Assembly (NCBI GenBank): GCA_963785725.1
Contig: CAWAWS010000007.1
Location: forward strand, 512,001 to 576,000
Direction of reading: 5' to 3'
DNA length: 64,000 nucleotides
From: an uncultured delta proteobacterium
GTDB taxonomy: Bacteria > Myxococcota_A > Polyangia > Palsa-1104
Part shown: positions 40,869 through 55,051 of the stretch, one piece after another
How positions within the stretch are numbered: the stretch's first letter is position 1
Layout: every line of letters starts with the position of its first letter
Made by a program: the position numbers and the translations under genes
The notes under the pieces: generated by a model
Database searches by the model: none
Seen by the model: only the letters and a program-made list of their open reading frames with translations
Told to the model about the DNA's origin: nothing

Positions 40869-43800
40869 GTGAAGCGGTGCCCGGCCTGCGCGGCCGCCTG
40901 CTGGGACAGCCATCGCCACTGCCCTGCCTGCGGCGGAGATCTCAGCAACCTCGTTGCCGAGGAGGGTGATCCGTACATCGGCACGACCCTCGCGGCCAAG
41001 TACCATTTGACGGAGCTCATCGGCGTCGGTGCCATGGGTCGCGTCTATCGCGCCGAGCACCTGTCGCTCGATGCGCAGTGCGCCGTCAAGCTGCTGAATC
41101 CCGATGTCGCGGGCGATTCGTCCACGCTGCGCCGCTTCCAGACCGAAGCACGCGCCGCGTCACGATTGCGCCATCCGAATACGATTCAGGTGCTCGACTT
41201 CGGACAGTCGGACACCGGCCTGCTGTTTTTGGTCATGGAGCTCTTGCGCGGGCGAAATCTGGCGCAGGTCATCGCCGACGAGACGCCGCTGTCACCGTCG
41301 CGGCTGGTCGAGCTGCTCGGTCAGGCGCTGTCGGCGCTCGACGAAGCGCACGCGGCCGGCGTCGTGCACCGCGACTTCAAGCCCGAAAACATCTTCGTCG
41401 AGACGCTGCGCACCGGCAAAGAGCACGTCAAAGTCCTCGACTTCGGCATCGCCAAGCTGCGCGGCGAGAACGACAGCAACCTGACCTCGCGCGGCGCCGT
41501 CTGCGGCACGCCCGACTACATGAGCCCCGAGCAGATCCGCGGCGAAGAGCTCGATGCGCGCAGTGACGTGTACGCCGCCGGCGTCGTGCTCTACGAGACG
41601 ATGACCGGCACGCGACCGTTCGCCAGCGACGGGCCGCTCATCGACACCTTGATGTCGCATCTGAATCTGACGCCGCAGCCGCCGACGTTGCGCCGGCCCG
41701 ACTTGACGATCCCGAAAGCGATCGAAGCGGTGTGCTTGAAGGCGATGGAGAAGTCGCGCGAGCAGCGCTATCGCTCGGCGGCGGAGATGAAGTCGGCGCT
41801 CGAGCACGCCGTGCGCGGGATGGGCGAGCGCTGCAAGCAGTGCGGCACGGCGCTGCCGGGCACGGCGCGCTTTTGCCCGGAGTGCGGCGCAGTCTTGCGC
41901 GCCAGCGGGTCGTACGAGCTGACGCGCGCGGCGGCGGCGGTGGCGGCGCCGAATGTCGACGCGCAGAAGCTGGTCTTGCCGCTGCCGATGGTCGGGCGCG
42001 ACGACGTGCTGGCGCGCCTCGAAGGCTTGGCTGCCGAAGCCTTGTTGCTCGTCGGTGAGCCGGGCGTGGGCAAGACGGCGGTCGTCGAGCAGTGGGTCAA
42101 GCGCGAGGAGGGCCGCTTTCGCCGCGTGGCCGTCGCCGGCGCCGATCCGTCGGGCGCGCGCACGCCGTGGTATCCGATTCGGCGCGCGCTGGCGCAGCTG
42201 CTCGGCCTGTCGGAGCGGCCGGCGCGCGAGGATCTGGAGAAGGCGACGCGCGATCACCACGAAGATCGCGCGGGCTTGGCCGAGCTGTTCGGCTTCGGCG
42301 GCGCCGCGTCCAAGCTGTCGCACGATGTTCGTCGCCGCGAGTCGATCGCCGCGGCGCTCGGGACATTGCGGCGGACGTCGGGCGCGCTCATCTTCGAGGA
42401 CGCCGATCGCTACGATTCGCCGTCGCTGGGTGTGCTCGCCGAGCTGGTGTCGCTGCCGGGAACGGCGACGGTGCTGGTGACGGCGACGCGGGCCGAGGCG
42501 CTGGAAGCCGAGGTCGAGGTCGTGCGGCTGCCGCCGCTCGATTCGTTGGCGCTGAACGAGCTGGCGTTGCCGCCCGGCGTCGCCGAGCGCTCGGGCGGCA
42601 TTCCGCTCTTCGTCGTCGAGGAGCTGCGCGACGCGGCCGTCGGTGTGCCGCCCGATGACGTGAGCGCGCGCGCGGCCAAGTTGCCCGACACGGCGCGCAC
42701 CTTGCTCGAGGTCGCCGTCGTCGCCGGTGGTGACGTGCCGACTGCGGTGCTGGCGCACGCGGCCGGCCTCGGCGACGTCGGGCGGGCGCTGGCCGAGCTG
42801 TCGCTGCACGGCTTCATTCGCGCCACGCAGCAGCGGCTGGAATTGCCGTCGCCGACGTTGCGGCAGCAGCTCTACGATGCCATCGACCACGAGCGGCGCT
42901 GCAAGCTGCACGCGACGCTGGCTTCGCTGTTGGAGACGCGCGGCGCCGAGCCGGTCGTCGTCGCTCATCACGCCTATCGCGCGGGCGAGACGTCGCGTGT
43001 GGCGCTGCTCGAGCGCGCCGGCGACGCTGCGCGCCAAGGGTTCGACGACGACGCCGCCGTTCGCTGGTACCGCGCGGCGCTCGAGCGCGGCCGGCAGGCG
43101 CTCGCCGAAGGCGCCGGCGACGAGCGGACGCAGATTCGCCTGGCGCTCAAGCTGGCGCTGGTTCTGCGCTATCAGGGCGAGGTCGTGGCCTCCGAGAGCG
43201 TCTTGCGCGAGGCGCTGGAATTGGCGCAAGCGCGCGGCGATCGTTGGGCCGAAGTGCAAGCACTACGCGGACTTGCGTGGCTGGCACGGCAGTGGGAGAA
43301 CCTCGAGACGGCGCGCGACCACCTGACGCTGGCGCTGCAAGCGTCGCTCGGCGGCGGCGACGCGGGCACGCTGGCCGAGCTCTACCTCGAGCTCGCGGAG
43401 GTGCTGGTGCGCTCGGGCGACGTCGAAGGCGCCGAGCGTGAGCTGTGGGAGGGCCTGATGCTGGTGACCGCCGGCGATGGTCCCGAGGCCGATCGCGGTC
43501 CCGAGGTCATGTGGCGCCTCCTGTTGGCGCTGGCCGAGGTCGCGCGCCGCGGCCGGGACAGCGACGCCGCGCGCTCGTTCGCGATGCACGCCTTGCGGCA
43601 CGCCGAGCGCGTCGACCATCCCGTCGGGCGCGCGAAGACGCACACGTTCTTGGCCGAGCTGCTCGACGCGACGGCCAAGCCGGCGCAGGCGGTCGACCAT
43701 CGACGCAAGGCGATCGAAGAGCTGCGTCGCGTCGGCGATCGGCGGCAGACGGCCGAGCTGCTCATCGCGCTGGCCGATCCGCGCGGCGGCAACAGCGTCG

Positions 43801-43901
43801 ACGTGCGCGCCTGGCTGACGGAAGCCGACGCCTTGTCGGTGCAAGTGGGCTGGAACGAAGGCGTCGCCCGCTCGCGTGCGGCGCTTGCGCAGCTGCGATG
43901 A
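40869..43901 (+). CDS. Ser/Thr protein kinase with zinc ribbons, AAA/P-loop domain and TPR-like C-terminus
   Basis: IGVGAMGRVY, AVK, HRDFKPEN, DFG, GTPDYMSPEQ; CPAC/CPEC ribbons; GEPGVGKT. Confidence 0.9.
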   Translation: MKRCPACAAACWDSHRHCPACGGDLSNLVAEEGDPYIGTTLAAKYHLTELIGVGAMGRVYRAEHLSLDAQCAVKLLNPDVAGDSSTLRRFQTEARAASRLRHPNTIQVLDFGQSDTGLLFLVMELLRGRNLAQVIADETPLSPSRLVELLGQALSALDEAHAAGVVHRDFKPENIFVETLRTGKEHVKVLDFGIAKLRGENDSNLTSRGAVCGTPDYMSPEQIRGEELDARSDVYAAGVVLYETMTGTRPFASDGPLIDTLMSHLNLTPQPPTLRRPDLTIPKAIEAVCLKAMEKSREQRYRSAAEMKSALEHAVRGMGERCKQCGTALPGTARFCPECGAVLRASGSYELTRAAAAVAAPNVDAQKLVLPLPMVGRDDVLARLEGLAAEALLLVGEPGVGKTAVVEQWVKREEGRFRRVAVAGADPSGARTPWYPIRRALAQLLGLSERPAREDLEKATRDHHEDRAGLAELFGFGGAASKLSHDVRRRESIAAALGTLRRTSGALIFEDADRYDSPSLGVLAELVSLPGTATVLVTATRAEALEAEVEVVRLPPLDSLALNELALPPGVAERSGGIPLFVVEELRDAAVGVPPDDVSARAAKLPDTARTLLEVAVVAGGDVPTAVLAHAAGLGDVGRALAELSLHGFIRATQQRLELPSPTLRQQLYDAIDHERRCKLHATLASLLETRGAEPVVVAHHAYRAGETSRVALLERAGDAARQGFDDDAAVRWYRAALERGRQALAEGAGDERTQIRLALKLALVLRYQGEVVASESVLREALELAQARGDRWAEVQALRGLAWLARQWENLETARDHLTLALQASLGGGDAGTLAELYLELAEVLVRSGDVEGAERELWEGLMLVTAGDGPEADRGPEVMWRLLLALAEVARRGRDSDAARSFAMHALRHAERVDHPVGRAKTHTFLAELLDATAKPAQAVDHRRKAIEELRRVGDRRQTAELLIALADPRGGNSVDVRAWLTEADALSVQVGWNEGVARSRAALAQLR

Positions 43902-44066
43902 AGTGCGCAACTTCGAGGCGCGGCTAACGTTTACGATGGAATGACTTCAACGTCGGACCAGCCAGTGACCGAGGAGCGCCGGCGCCGGTTGGGCCCGCGG
44001 TAAGGCCTGCTCCTTGAAGGCGAAAGGTCAGGCGCTTAGGCTGCTTGGAAGGAGATCGATCACGTC

Positions 44067-45917
<1,851 letters not shown>

Positions 45918-45927
45918 TCCGCGTTCG

Positions 45928-46413
45928 ATGACCAAGCTGACGCACTTCGATGACGCCGGCGTCGCCCGCATGGTCGACGTCGGCGCCAAGGCCGAGACCG
46001 AGCGCGTGGCCGTGGCCGCGGGCGCGGTCGAGATGGAGCCGGCGACGTTGGCGGCGATTCGCGCCGGCTCGATCGCCAAAGGCGACGTGCTCGGCATCGC
46101 GCGCATGGCGGCGATCGCGGGCCTAAAGCGCACGGCGGAGCTGATTCCGCTGTGCCATCCGGTGCGCGTGACGGCGGTCGACGTCGCGCTCACGCCGTTC
46201 GATGACGGCGGGCGGCCGCGCGTCGAGATTCGCGCGACGGTGCGCGCGTTCGATCGCACCGGCGTCGAGATGGAGGCGCTGACGGCGGTGACGCTGGCGG
46301 GCCTGACGATCTACGACATGTGCAAGGCGATCGATCGTGGCATGCGGCTCGGCGACGTGCGCCTCCTGGAAAAGCACGGCGGTAAATCGGGCGACTGGAC
46401 GCGGGAAACCTGA
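45928..46413 (+). CDS. moaC: Cyclic pyranopterin monophosphate synthase
   Basis: [41 protein letters not shown]. Confidence 0.96.
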   Translation: MTKLTHFDDAGVARMVDVGAKAETERVAVAAGAVEMEPATLAAIRAGSIAKGDVLGIARMAAIAGLKRTAELIPLCHPVRVTAVDVALTPFDDGGRPRVEIRATVRAFDRTGVEMEALTAVTLAGLTIYDMCKAIDRGMRLGDVRLLEKHGGKSGDWTRET

Positions 46414-46442
46414 TCTACACTTCCGCGCGAGGAGCCCATCCC

Positions 46443-48183
46443 ATGCAAGCTGCGCAGAGCGTCGACGTTTCCGCGAAGATTCCGCAGTCCACGGCGCGCC
46501 CGGAGCTCGACGCGACGTTGAACAAGCTGCGCGCCGCCGCGACCGGCTGGGCGCGCGCGCCGATCGCCGATCGCATCGCGCTCGCGAAGAAGATGCTCGA
46601 CGGCTACGTGGCCATCGCCGAAGCCAGCGTGCTCGCCGGCTGCCACGCCAAGGGCATCGATCCGAATTCGCCGCTGGCGTCGGAGGAGTGGTTCGCCGGG
46701 CCGGGCATCGTCGTGCGCAATTTGCGGCTGTTGATCGAGACGCTGCAGCGGCTGGAAGCGGGGCGGCCGTCGCTCGATCCGGCGCGCGTGCGCACGCGGC
46801 CCGATGGTCGCGTCGTCGTCGAGGCGTTTCCGGCGAGCGGCATCGACAAAGTGCTGTTCGCGGGCTTCACGGCGGAGATTTGGATTCAGCCGGGCATCAC
46901 GGCGCCGCAGGTCGTCGATCGCGCGGCCAAGCTGTACAAGACGCCGATCGCAGAGCGCGAAGGCAAAGTCTCGCTGGTGCTCGGCGCCGGCAACGTCGCG
47001 GCCATTCCGCCGACCGACGCCATCCACAAGATGTTCGTCGAGGGCAAGGTCTGCCTCGTCAAGATGAACCCGGTCAACGCGCACGTCGGGCCGTTCATCG
47101 AGAAGGCGTTCGCCGCCGCCGTCGAGCGCGGCCTCATCGCCGTGTGCTACGGCGGCGCCGACGTCGGCAGCTACTTGGTCGAGCATCCCAACGTCGACGA
47201 GATCCACATCACCGGCTCGGACAAGACGCACGACTTGATGGTCTGGGGACCGCCCGGCGCCGAGCGCGACGCCCGCAAAGCGCGCAAAGAGCCGCTGCTG
47301 AAGAAAGAGATCACGAGCGAGCTCGGCAACGTCTCGCCGGTGATCGTCGTGCCCGGGCCTTACAGCGACGCGGAGCTCAAATTTCAGGGCGAGAGCATCA
47401 CGGCCGCCATCGCCAACAACGCGTCGTTCAACTGCAACTCGGCCAAGCTCATGATCTCGGCCGACGGCTGGGACGGGCGCGACAAGCTCAAGCGCTCGAT
47501 CGCCGACGCGCTGGCGCAGACGCCGGTGCGCAAAGCCTACTATCCGGGCGCCGAGCAGCGCTGGAACGAGCTCGTCGGCTCGCACGCGACGGTCAAGCGC
47601 ATCGGCGACACGACGCCGGGCACGCTGCAGTGGGCGATGATCGAAGACATCGACTCCAGCGGCGACGACAAAGTGTTCTCGATGGAGCCGTGGTGCTCGG
47701 TCATCAGCGAGACGACGCTGGGCGGAAGCGATCCGATCGCGTTCCTCGACAGCGCCGTCGAGTTCGTGAACGGCAAAGTGTGGGGCACCTTGTCGGCGAC
47801 GATCATCGTGCATCCGAAGACGCTGCAAGATCCGGCGTTCGCGGCGGCGCTCGATCGCGCGGTGCAGAAGCTGCGCTACGGCACGGTCAGCATCAACCAC
47901 TGGCCGGCGCTCGGCTTCGCGCTGGGGCACGACGCCGTGGGGCGGCCATCCGTCGTCGACGCTGGAGGACATTCAGAGCGGCGTCGGCTTCGTGCACAAC
48001 ACGTACATGCTCGAGGACATCGAGAAGTGCGTCATTCGCGGGCCGCTCGTCGTCAATCCGAAGCCGAGCTGGTTCGCCAATCACAAGACCGCGGGCGAGA
48101 TCGGACGGCGGCTGGTGAAGATGGAAGCGGCGCCGTCGCTGTTGAAGCTGCCCGGCCTCGTGTTCAACGCGCTGCGCGGCTGA
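46443..48183 (+). CDS. Aldehyde dehydrogenase family protein; frameshift near 47928
   Basis: LGAGN, KMNPVN, HITGS, SELGNVSP, FNC, LRYG; C-terminus in adjacent frame. Confidence 0.85.
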
Positions 48184-48315
48184 TCACAGCGCGTCCGCTC
48201 GCCGCCTCGTCAATTCTCGACTGAATTCCAAGAGCTGCGATAGCGCGCCGATCGGCCGTTGCGCCGCTCGCGACGCGATGCAACGCTGGTCGCCGTCATG
48301 TGGTCGAAGCATCGA

Positions 48316-48498
48316 ATGCGACATTGCGGATTGATCGTGGGAGCGCTGGCGCTGGCCGGCTGCTTGGGGCCGACGCACTTCAAGTCGCGCACGGGCCGCG
48401 TCTTGGAGACGGTGACGGCGGTCGGCGCGGCGGCGGCGGGCGAGGCGGCGTCGCGCTCGCGCAACGACCTGCAGCCGATGCCGCCGCTGGTTCCCTGA
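48316..48498 (+). CDS. Small putative lipoprotein
   Basis: LALAG-C lipobox. Confidence 0.45.
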   Translation: MRHCGLIVGALALAGCLGPTHFKSRTGRVLETVTAVGAAAAGEAASRSRNDLQPMPPLVP

Positions 48499-48834
48499 TT
48501 ACGGCGTCTTCGTGATCGGCAGCTTGGCTTCGTTCCAGGCGATCATGCCGCCGGTCAAGACGCGCACGGCGAAGCCTTGGCCGGCCCAAAACGTCGCCGC
48601 TTGGCCGGCGCGCATGCCGCTGCGGCAGATCGAGATGATCTCGCGCGTCTCGCCCTTCAATTTACCGACGTTTGCCTGCACCGTGCCGAGCGGCATCAGC
48701 TCGGCGCCGTCGATGTGGCCGAGGTCGGACACCCACTCGTTGGGCTCGCGCACGTCGATGAGGCGCGGCGGCGAGTCGCTGTCGATGAGCTGCTTGAGGT
48801 CGGTCGCGGTGATGGGCGGCAGCGGTTGGCTCAT
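48499..48834 (-). CDS. Rhodanese-domain protein
   Basis: LIDVREPNEW, GHIDGA, CRSGMRA, LTGGMIAW. Confidence 0.9.
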   Translation of the reverse strand: MSQPLPPITATDLKQLIDSDSPPRLIDVREPNEWVSDLGHIDGAELMPLGTVQANVGKLKGETREIISICRSGMRAGQAATFWAGQGFAVRVLTGGMIAWNEAKLPITKTP

Positions 48835-48915
48835 GCCGAATTTCTAGCACAGCAGGCGCGCGCGCGACATCGGCGGCGTGCGTGAAAGCCGCGTCGCCGT
48901 AAGCATGGGCGCGCG

Positions 48916-49422
48916 TCAGCGGCGGAGGCGTTGCCAGCCGCGCGGCGGGCGCGTCGTGCCGGCGCGGACGCGGGCGATGACGTCGTCGAGCTCGCGCACG
49001 AAGTCGGCCGGCGCTTCGTCGGGCGCGAAGCCTTCGACGCTGAAGCCGCGGCCGCTGCAATCGATGACGGCCAGGCGCGGCACGCTGACGTTGGCGCGGT
49101 GGAAGAAGCGGGCGTAGAGCGGTTTACCGTCGGTGAGGAGCGGCATCGTCAGCTTGCGCGCGGCGAAGAGCCGGCGCGCGTCGGCCGCGCCCGCGCCGTC
49201 TTCGACGCTGATGGCGACGACGCGCGTGGCTCGTCCGTCGACGTGCGCCGCCAACGCCGCCAGCGACGGCAGCTCGGCGACACAAGGCGGACACCAGGTG
49301 GCCCAAAAGGAGACGACGGTGACGTCGCCTTGCAGCGCGGCGAACGCGACGTCAGGCTCGCCGGCGCGCGCGGCTGCCGTCAGCGACAGCAGCGCGAGCG
49401 CGGCGAGCGCCAGGCGGGACAT
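48916..49422 (-). CDS. TlpA-like exported thiol-disulfide oxidoreductase
   Basis: Signal peptide, FWATWCPPCVAELP. Confidence 0.85.
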   Translation of the reverse strand: MSRLALAALALLSLTAAARAGEPDVAFAALQGDVTVVSFWATWCPPCVAELPSLAALAAHVDGRATRVVAISVEDGAGAADARRLFAARKLTMPLLTDGKPLYARFFHRANVSVPRLAVIDCSGRGFSVEGFAPDEAPADFVRELDDVIARVRAGTTRPPRGWQRLRR

Positions 49423-50741
49423 CAGACCTCGAGGATGAGCCGCTCGGGGTTTTCGAGGCGCTCTTTGACGCCGACGAGGAACTGCACCGCCTCGCGACCG
49501 TCGACGACGCGATGATCGTACGACAAGGCGACGTACATCATCGGGCGCAGCTCGATCGCGTCACCGACCGCCATCGGCCGCTTGGTGATGTTGTGCATGC
49601 CCAAGATGCCGGTCTGCGGCATGTTCAACAGCGGCGTCGACATCATCGAGCCGTAGATGCCGCCGTTGGAGATCGAGAACGTGCCGCCCGACAGGTCCTC
49701 GAGCGTGAGCGTGTTGTCCTTCGCTTTGCCGGCGAGGCGCGCGATCTCTTTCTCGATGCCGGCCAAGCTCGAGCTGATCGACGCTGCGGATGACGGGCAC
49801 GACGAGGCCCTTGCCGCCACCGACGGCGATGCCGAAGTCGTAGTGCTTCTTGTAGATGATGTCGTCGCCGCGCACCTCGGCGTTGACGCCGGGATAGAGC
49901 TTGAGCGACTCGACGCAGGCGCTGAACGAAGAAGCGACATGAAGCCGAGCTTGATGCCGTGGCGCTTGACGAAGTCGTCCTGATACTTCGCGCGCAGCGA
50001 CATGATGTTCGTCATGTCCACTTCGTTGAACGTCGTCAGAATCGCCGCCGTGTGCTGCGCTTCGACGAGCCGTTGCGCGATGCGCTTGCGCAGCGGCGAC
50101 ATGGCGACGGCCTCTTCGTGCTCACCGACGGTCGGCGGCGGCTGCGGCCCGCGCGACTGCTGCGTGGCGACTCCTGGCGGCGCCGCGTACGACGTCGGCG
50201 CTTCGTAGCTGGCGCCCTCGCGGATCGCCTTGCGGACCGACGGTGGCAGCGTCTTCGAGTGCGGCACCGTCGCGGCCGGCTCCTGACCGGCCGTCTCCAC
50301 CGCCGGCACCGTGGCCGAGCGCGGCGCGGGCGCCATCTGCTCGACCGGACCGCCGACGACCTTCGGGCCTTCGGCGGCCGTCACGGCCACGGCCTTGGCC
50401 GGCTGACCGAGCGCCGCCGGTTGCGCGAGCGTCGCCGCCGCGGCGAGCTCGCCGGCGGCCGGCTTCTTGGCTTCGCCATTGGCCGGCGGCGCGACTTGCG
50501 CAGCGGCGCCGGTGGCGATGATGCCGATGATCTCGCCGATCTTCACCGTATCGCCAACGGCGAACCGCTGCTCGGAGAGCACGCCGGCCGCGGGCGCCGG
50601 CAGCGCCACCGAGACCTTGTCGGTCTCGAGGTCGACCACCGGCTCGTCGACTGCGATGGGCTCGCCCACCTTCTTGAGCCACTTGCCAATCACCGCCTCG
50701 GAGATCGATTCTCCGAGCTTGGGAATCACCAGATCAGCCAT
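49422..50741 (-). CDS. sucB: 2-oxoglutarate dehydrogenase E2; frameshifts near 49930 and 49770
   Basis: LETDKV lipoyl site, [24 protein letters not shown]. Confidence 0.93.
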   Translation of the reverse strand: MADLVIPKLGESISEAVIGKWLKKVGEPIAVDEPVVDLETDKVSVALPAPAAGVLSEQRFAVGDTVKIGEIIGIIATGAAAQVAPPANGEAKKPAAGELAAAATLAQPAALGQPAKAVAVTAAEGPKVVGGPVEQMAPAPRSATVPAVETAGQEPAATVPHSKTLPPSVRKAIREGASYEAPTSYAAPPGVATQQSRGPQPPPTVGEHEEAVAMSPLRKRIAQRLVEAQHTAAILTTFNEVDMTNIMSLRAKYQDDFVKRHGIKLGFMSLLRSAPASSRSSSIPASTPRCAATTSSTRSTTTSASPSVAARASSCPSSAASISSSLAGIEKEIARLAGKAKDNTLTLEDLSGGTFSISNGGIYGSMMSTPLLNMPQTGILGMHNITKRPMAVGDAIELRPMMYVALSYDHRVVDGREAVQFLVGVKERLENPERLILEV

Positions 50742-50749
50742 GCTTCCTC

Positions 50750-53625
50750 TTACCCTAATTGGTCGACGGGCGCGAACGCCTGATTGACGATGCGCTGCTG
50801 TTCGAGGAGATGCGCCTTGTGCGAGCCCGTCGCCGGGCTGGCCGATTCGGCGCGCGCCACGACATGCACGCTGCGATGCCCGGCCACTTCCAGCAGCCGA
50901 ACGTAGATGAAGTGGTGCGCGCCCATGTTGAGCGGCTCCTCTTGGACCCACACGACCTCTTCCGCCTGCGCGTAGGTGTCGAGCGCGCCGGCCAAGTCGC
51001 GGGCCGAGATGGGATAGAGCTGCTCGATGCGCATGATGGCCGTCGTGTCGTCGCTGCGGCGCGTCCGCTCCTCGGCCAGCTCGTAGTAGATCTTGCCGGT
51101 GCAGAGGATGACGCGCTTGACGCGATCGCGATGCGGCGGCGTCGGATCGTCGAGGATGCGCTGGAACTGGCCGTCGGACAGCTCCTTCAGATCCGAGCGC
51201 GCCGCCGGCAAGCGCAACAGCGACTTGGGCGTCATGACGACGAGCGGCTTGCGCAGCTTGCGCACGACCTGACGGCGCAGCAAGTGGAAGAACTGCGCCG
51301 GCGTCGTCGGAATGACGACCTGCATGTTGTCCTCGGCGCACAGCTCCAAGAAGCGCTCGAAGCGCGCGCGACGAGTGCTCCGGCCCTTGGCCTTCGAAGC
51401 CGTGCGGCAGTAAGAGCACCAAGCCGGACAAGCGGTTCCACTTGTCCTCCGCCGACGAGATGTATTGATCGATGACCATCTGCGCGCCGTTCACGAAGTC
51501 GCCGAACTGCGCTTCCCAGGCCACGAGCGCGTCGGGATAGTCGAGCGAGTAGCCGAACTCGAAGCCGAGCACGGCCGCCTCCGACAGCGGCGAATCGTAG
51601 ATGCGCAGCGGCGCCTGATCGGGCCGAGATGTGCTCGAGCGGCATGTACTCTTGCGCCGTCTTCTGATCGACGAGGCAGGCGTGGCGATGGCTGAACGTG
51701 CCGCGCCGCGAGTCCTGACCCGACAGCCGCACCATGTGGCCTTCGTCGACGAGCGAGCCGAACGCCAGATGCTCGGCCATGCCCCAATCGAGCGGCGTCT
51801 CGCCGCGACCCATCTGCGCGCGCGTCGTCATCAGCTTGGCGACGACGCGATGCGGATTGAAGTCGCTCGGGCAGCGTCGTGATGCGCTCCGAGATGCGCT
51901 GCAGATCGGCGCGCGCGAACCGAGGTCTTCACCTCCGGCGTCGCCGTGTCGGGACCGCCGCGATAGCCTTCCCAGTAGCCGGTGCCGAACGCCGGCCGCG
52001 GGCGCACCGAGCGCTTCGACTGGAACGCCTCGTTCAGCTTCTGGTGCTCGCGGCCGACGATCGCGTCCGCTTCCGCAGGCGTAATCAGCGCGCGCTCGAC
52101 CAGCTCCTTGGCGTACAGCGTACGCACCGTCGGATGCTGCTCGATCTTCTGGTACATGAGCGGCTGCGTGAAGCTCGGCTCGTCGGCCTCGTTGTGGCCG
52201 TACTTGCGGTAGCAGTACATGTCGATGACGACGTCGGAGTGGAACTGCTTGCGATAGTCCATCGCCAGCCGCACCACTTGCGCCACCGCCTCGGGATGGT
52301 CGCCGTTGACGTGGAAGATCGGCACTTGGATGCCCTTGGCCACGTCGGTGCAGTAAGGCGTCGAGCGCGACTCCGTCGGCGACGTCGTAAAGCCGATCTG
52401 GTTGTTGACGATGATGTGCACCGTGCCGCCGGTGCGATAGCCGCGCAGCGACGTGAGGTTCAAACACTCGGCGACGAGGCCTTGGCCGGCGAACGCCGCG
52501 TCGCCATGCACGAGGACGCCGAGCACGCGCTCGCGCACCTCGTCACCGCGACGGCGCTGCTTGGCGCGCACGCGACCGTGCACGATGGGATCGACCGCCT
52601 CGAGATGGCGTCGGGTTGAACGCCAGCGACAGGTGCAGCTCGTGGCCGGCGCGCGTCACGCGGTCGGCGGAGTAGCCGAGGTGATACTTCACGTCGCCGC
52701 CGCCGAACATGGACTCGGGATCGATGTCCTCGAACTCGGCGAAGAGGTCGCTCGGCGACTTGCCCATGACGTTGACGAGCACGTTCAGGCGGCCGCGGTG
52801 CGACATGCCGAAGACGATCTCGTCGACGCCATGCAAGCCCGAGCGCTCGACGATCAGCTCCAACATCGGAATCAGCGACTCGCCGCCTTCCAGGCTGAAG
52901 CGCTTGGTGCCGACGTACTTGGTGTGGATGAAGTTCTCCAGCACCTCGGCCGCGGCGACCTTCTCCAGGATGTAGAGCTGCGTGTTGCGATCGATCGGCG
53001 GCGCGTTGAGCACCGGCTCCATCCGCTCTTGCAGCCAGGCGCGCTTCATGACGTCGGAGATGTGGTTCATCTCGACGCCGATGTTCTCGCAGTACGTCGC
53101 GCGCAGCCGCTTCATCAGCTCGCGCAGCGTCACGGCGCCGGTGCCGTAGAAGCCGCCCGACGGCATGACGACGTCGAGATCGGCGTCGGAGAAGCCGTAG
53201 GCGCGCGGATCGAGCTCGGGCTGCGGCTCGTGCTGCAGCTGCTCGAGCGGATCGAGCTTGGCGACCATGTGGCCGCGGGCGCGGTGCGCGTTGACGAGGC
53301 CGAACGTGCGACCGAAGCGCGCTTCCGACGGCCCGAGGCCCATCGTCGTTTCCGGCGCCGTGAACGGCAAGATCGTCTTGAGCGCTTGCTGCTCGTGCGC
53401 TTGACGGGCGACTTGGCCGTTGCCGTTGCCGTTCGCGTGATGGCCGTTGCCGTTCTGCGGCGACGACGTGGTCACGGTGAGGCCAAATGACCCCAGCTCG
53501 GCGGCGCCGCTTTCGAAGAGCGCACGCCAAGAAGGATCGACGGAGGCGGGGTTGGCTTGATAGCGCGCCCACAGTTCGTCGACGAAGGGGAGGTTGTTCG
53601 CGAGGCTCAGTAGGTCAGTAGACAT
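50750..53625 (-). CDS. sucA: 2-oxoglutarate dehydrogenase E1; several frameshifts
   Basis: [51 protein letters not shown]. Confidence 0.95.
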
Positions 53626-53653
53626 GACGAGTGATCATACATATAAAGCGTTC

Positions 53654-55050
53654 ATGGCCAACGTGCGCATCGAACGAGACACTTTCGGCAACATCGAGGT
53701 CCCGGCGGACCGCCTCTGGGGTGCACAGACCCAACGCTCGTTACAAAACTTCAAGATCTCGGGTGAGCGGATGCCGTCGCAGCTCATTCGTGCGCTCGCT
53801 CTCGTAAAGCGAGCCGCGGCTCAGGTCAATATGGATCTTGGAGTTTTGACGAAGGAGAAGGCGGGCGCCATCATCGCCGCGGCCGACGAGGTCATCGCCG
53901 GCAAGCACGACGCCGAGTTCCCGCTGGTCGTTTGGCAGACGGGATCGGGCACGCAAACCAACATGAACATGAACGAAGTGCTCGCCAACCGCGGCTCCGA
54001 GATCCTCGGCGGCGAGCGCGGGGAAGCGCGCAAGCTGCATCCCAACGACGACGTCAACAAAGGGCAGTCGTCGAACGACGTCTTCCCGACGGCGATGCAC
54101 GTCGCCGCGGTGACGGTGCTGCAGCGCGATCTGGTGCCGTCGGTGGGCAAGCTGCGCGAGACGCTGGCCAAGAAGTCGGCCGACTACGCGCACGTCGTCA
54201 AGATCGGCCGCACGCACCTGCAGGACGCGACGCCGCTGACGCTGGGCCAGGAGATCGGCGGCTGGGTGGCGCAGCTCGATCACGCCGTCGCGCACGTCGA
54301 GGTGACGCTGCCGCACTTGTCCGAGCTGGCGCTCGGCGGCACCGCCGTCGGCACCGGCCTCAACGCGCATCCCGAGTTCGCGACGCGTGTCGCCGCCGAG
54401 CTGGCCAAGCTCACCGGCCTTCCCTTCATCACCGCGCCCAACAAGTTCGAGGCGCTCGCCGGCCACGACGCCCTCGTCTTCGCCCACGGCGCGCTCAAGA
54501 CGCTGGCGGCGTCGCTGAACAAGATCGCCAACGACGTGCGCTGGCTGGCGTCCGGTCCGCGCTCGGGCTTGGGCGAGATCAGCATCCCCGAGAACGAGCC
54601 GGGCTCCTCGATCATGCCGGGCAAGGTCAACCCGACGCAGTGCGAGGCCATGACCATGATGTGCGCGCAGGTGCTCGGCAACGACGTCGCGATCAACATC
54701 GGCGGCGCCTCGGGCAACTTCGAGCTCAACGTCTTCAAGCCGCTCATCATCCACAACTTCCTGCAGTCGGTGCGCCTGCTTGTCGGACGGCTGCGTCAGC
54801 TTCAACGACAACTGCGCCGTCGGCATCGAGGCCGGACGAGAAGCGCATCGGCGAGCTGATGGCGGCGTCGCTCATGCTCGTCACCGCGCTCAACCCGCAC
54901 ATCGGCTACGACAAGGCCGCCAAGATCGCCAAGAAGGCGCACAAAGAGGGCACGAGTCTGCGTGAAGCGGCCATCGCCAGCGGTCACGTCACCGGCGAAA
55001 ACTTCGACGCCTGGGTGAAGCCGGAAGACATGGTCGGCCACAAGAAGTAA
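53654..55050 (+). CDS. fumC: Class II fumarate hydratase; frameshifts near 54781 and 54830
   Basis: [48 protein letters not shown]. Confidence 0.95.
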
Positions 55051-55051
55051 C

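Noticed and set aside
43902..44066. Canonical glmS ribozyme
   Set aside because: AGCGCC is present, but the downstream GACGAGG and TATCGA...GGCGGATG core is not seen
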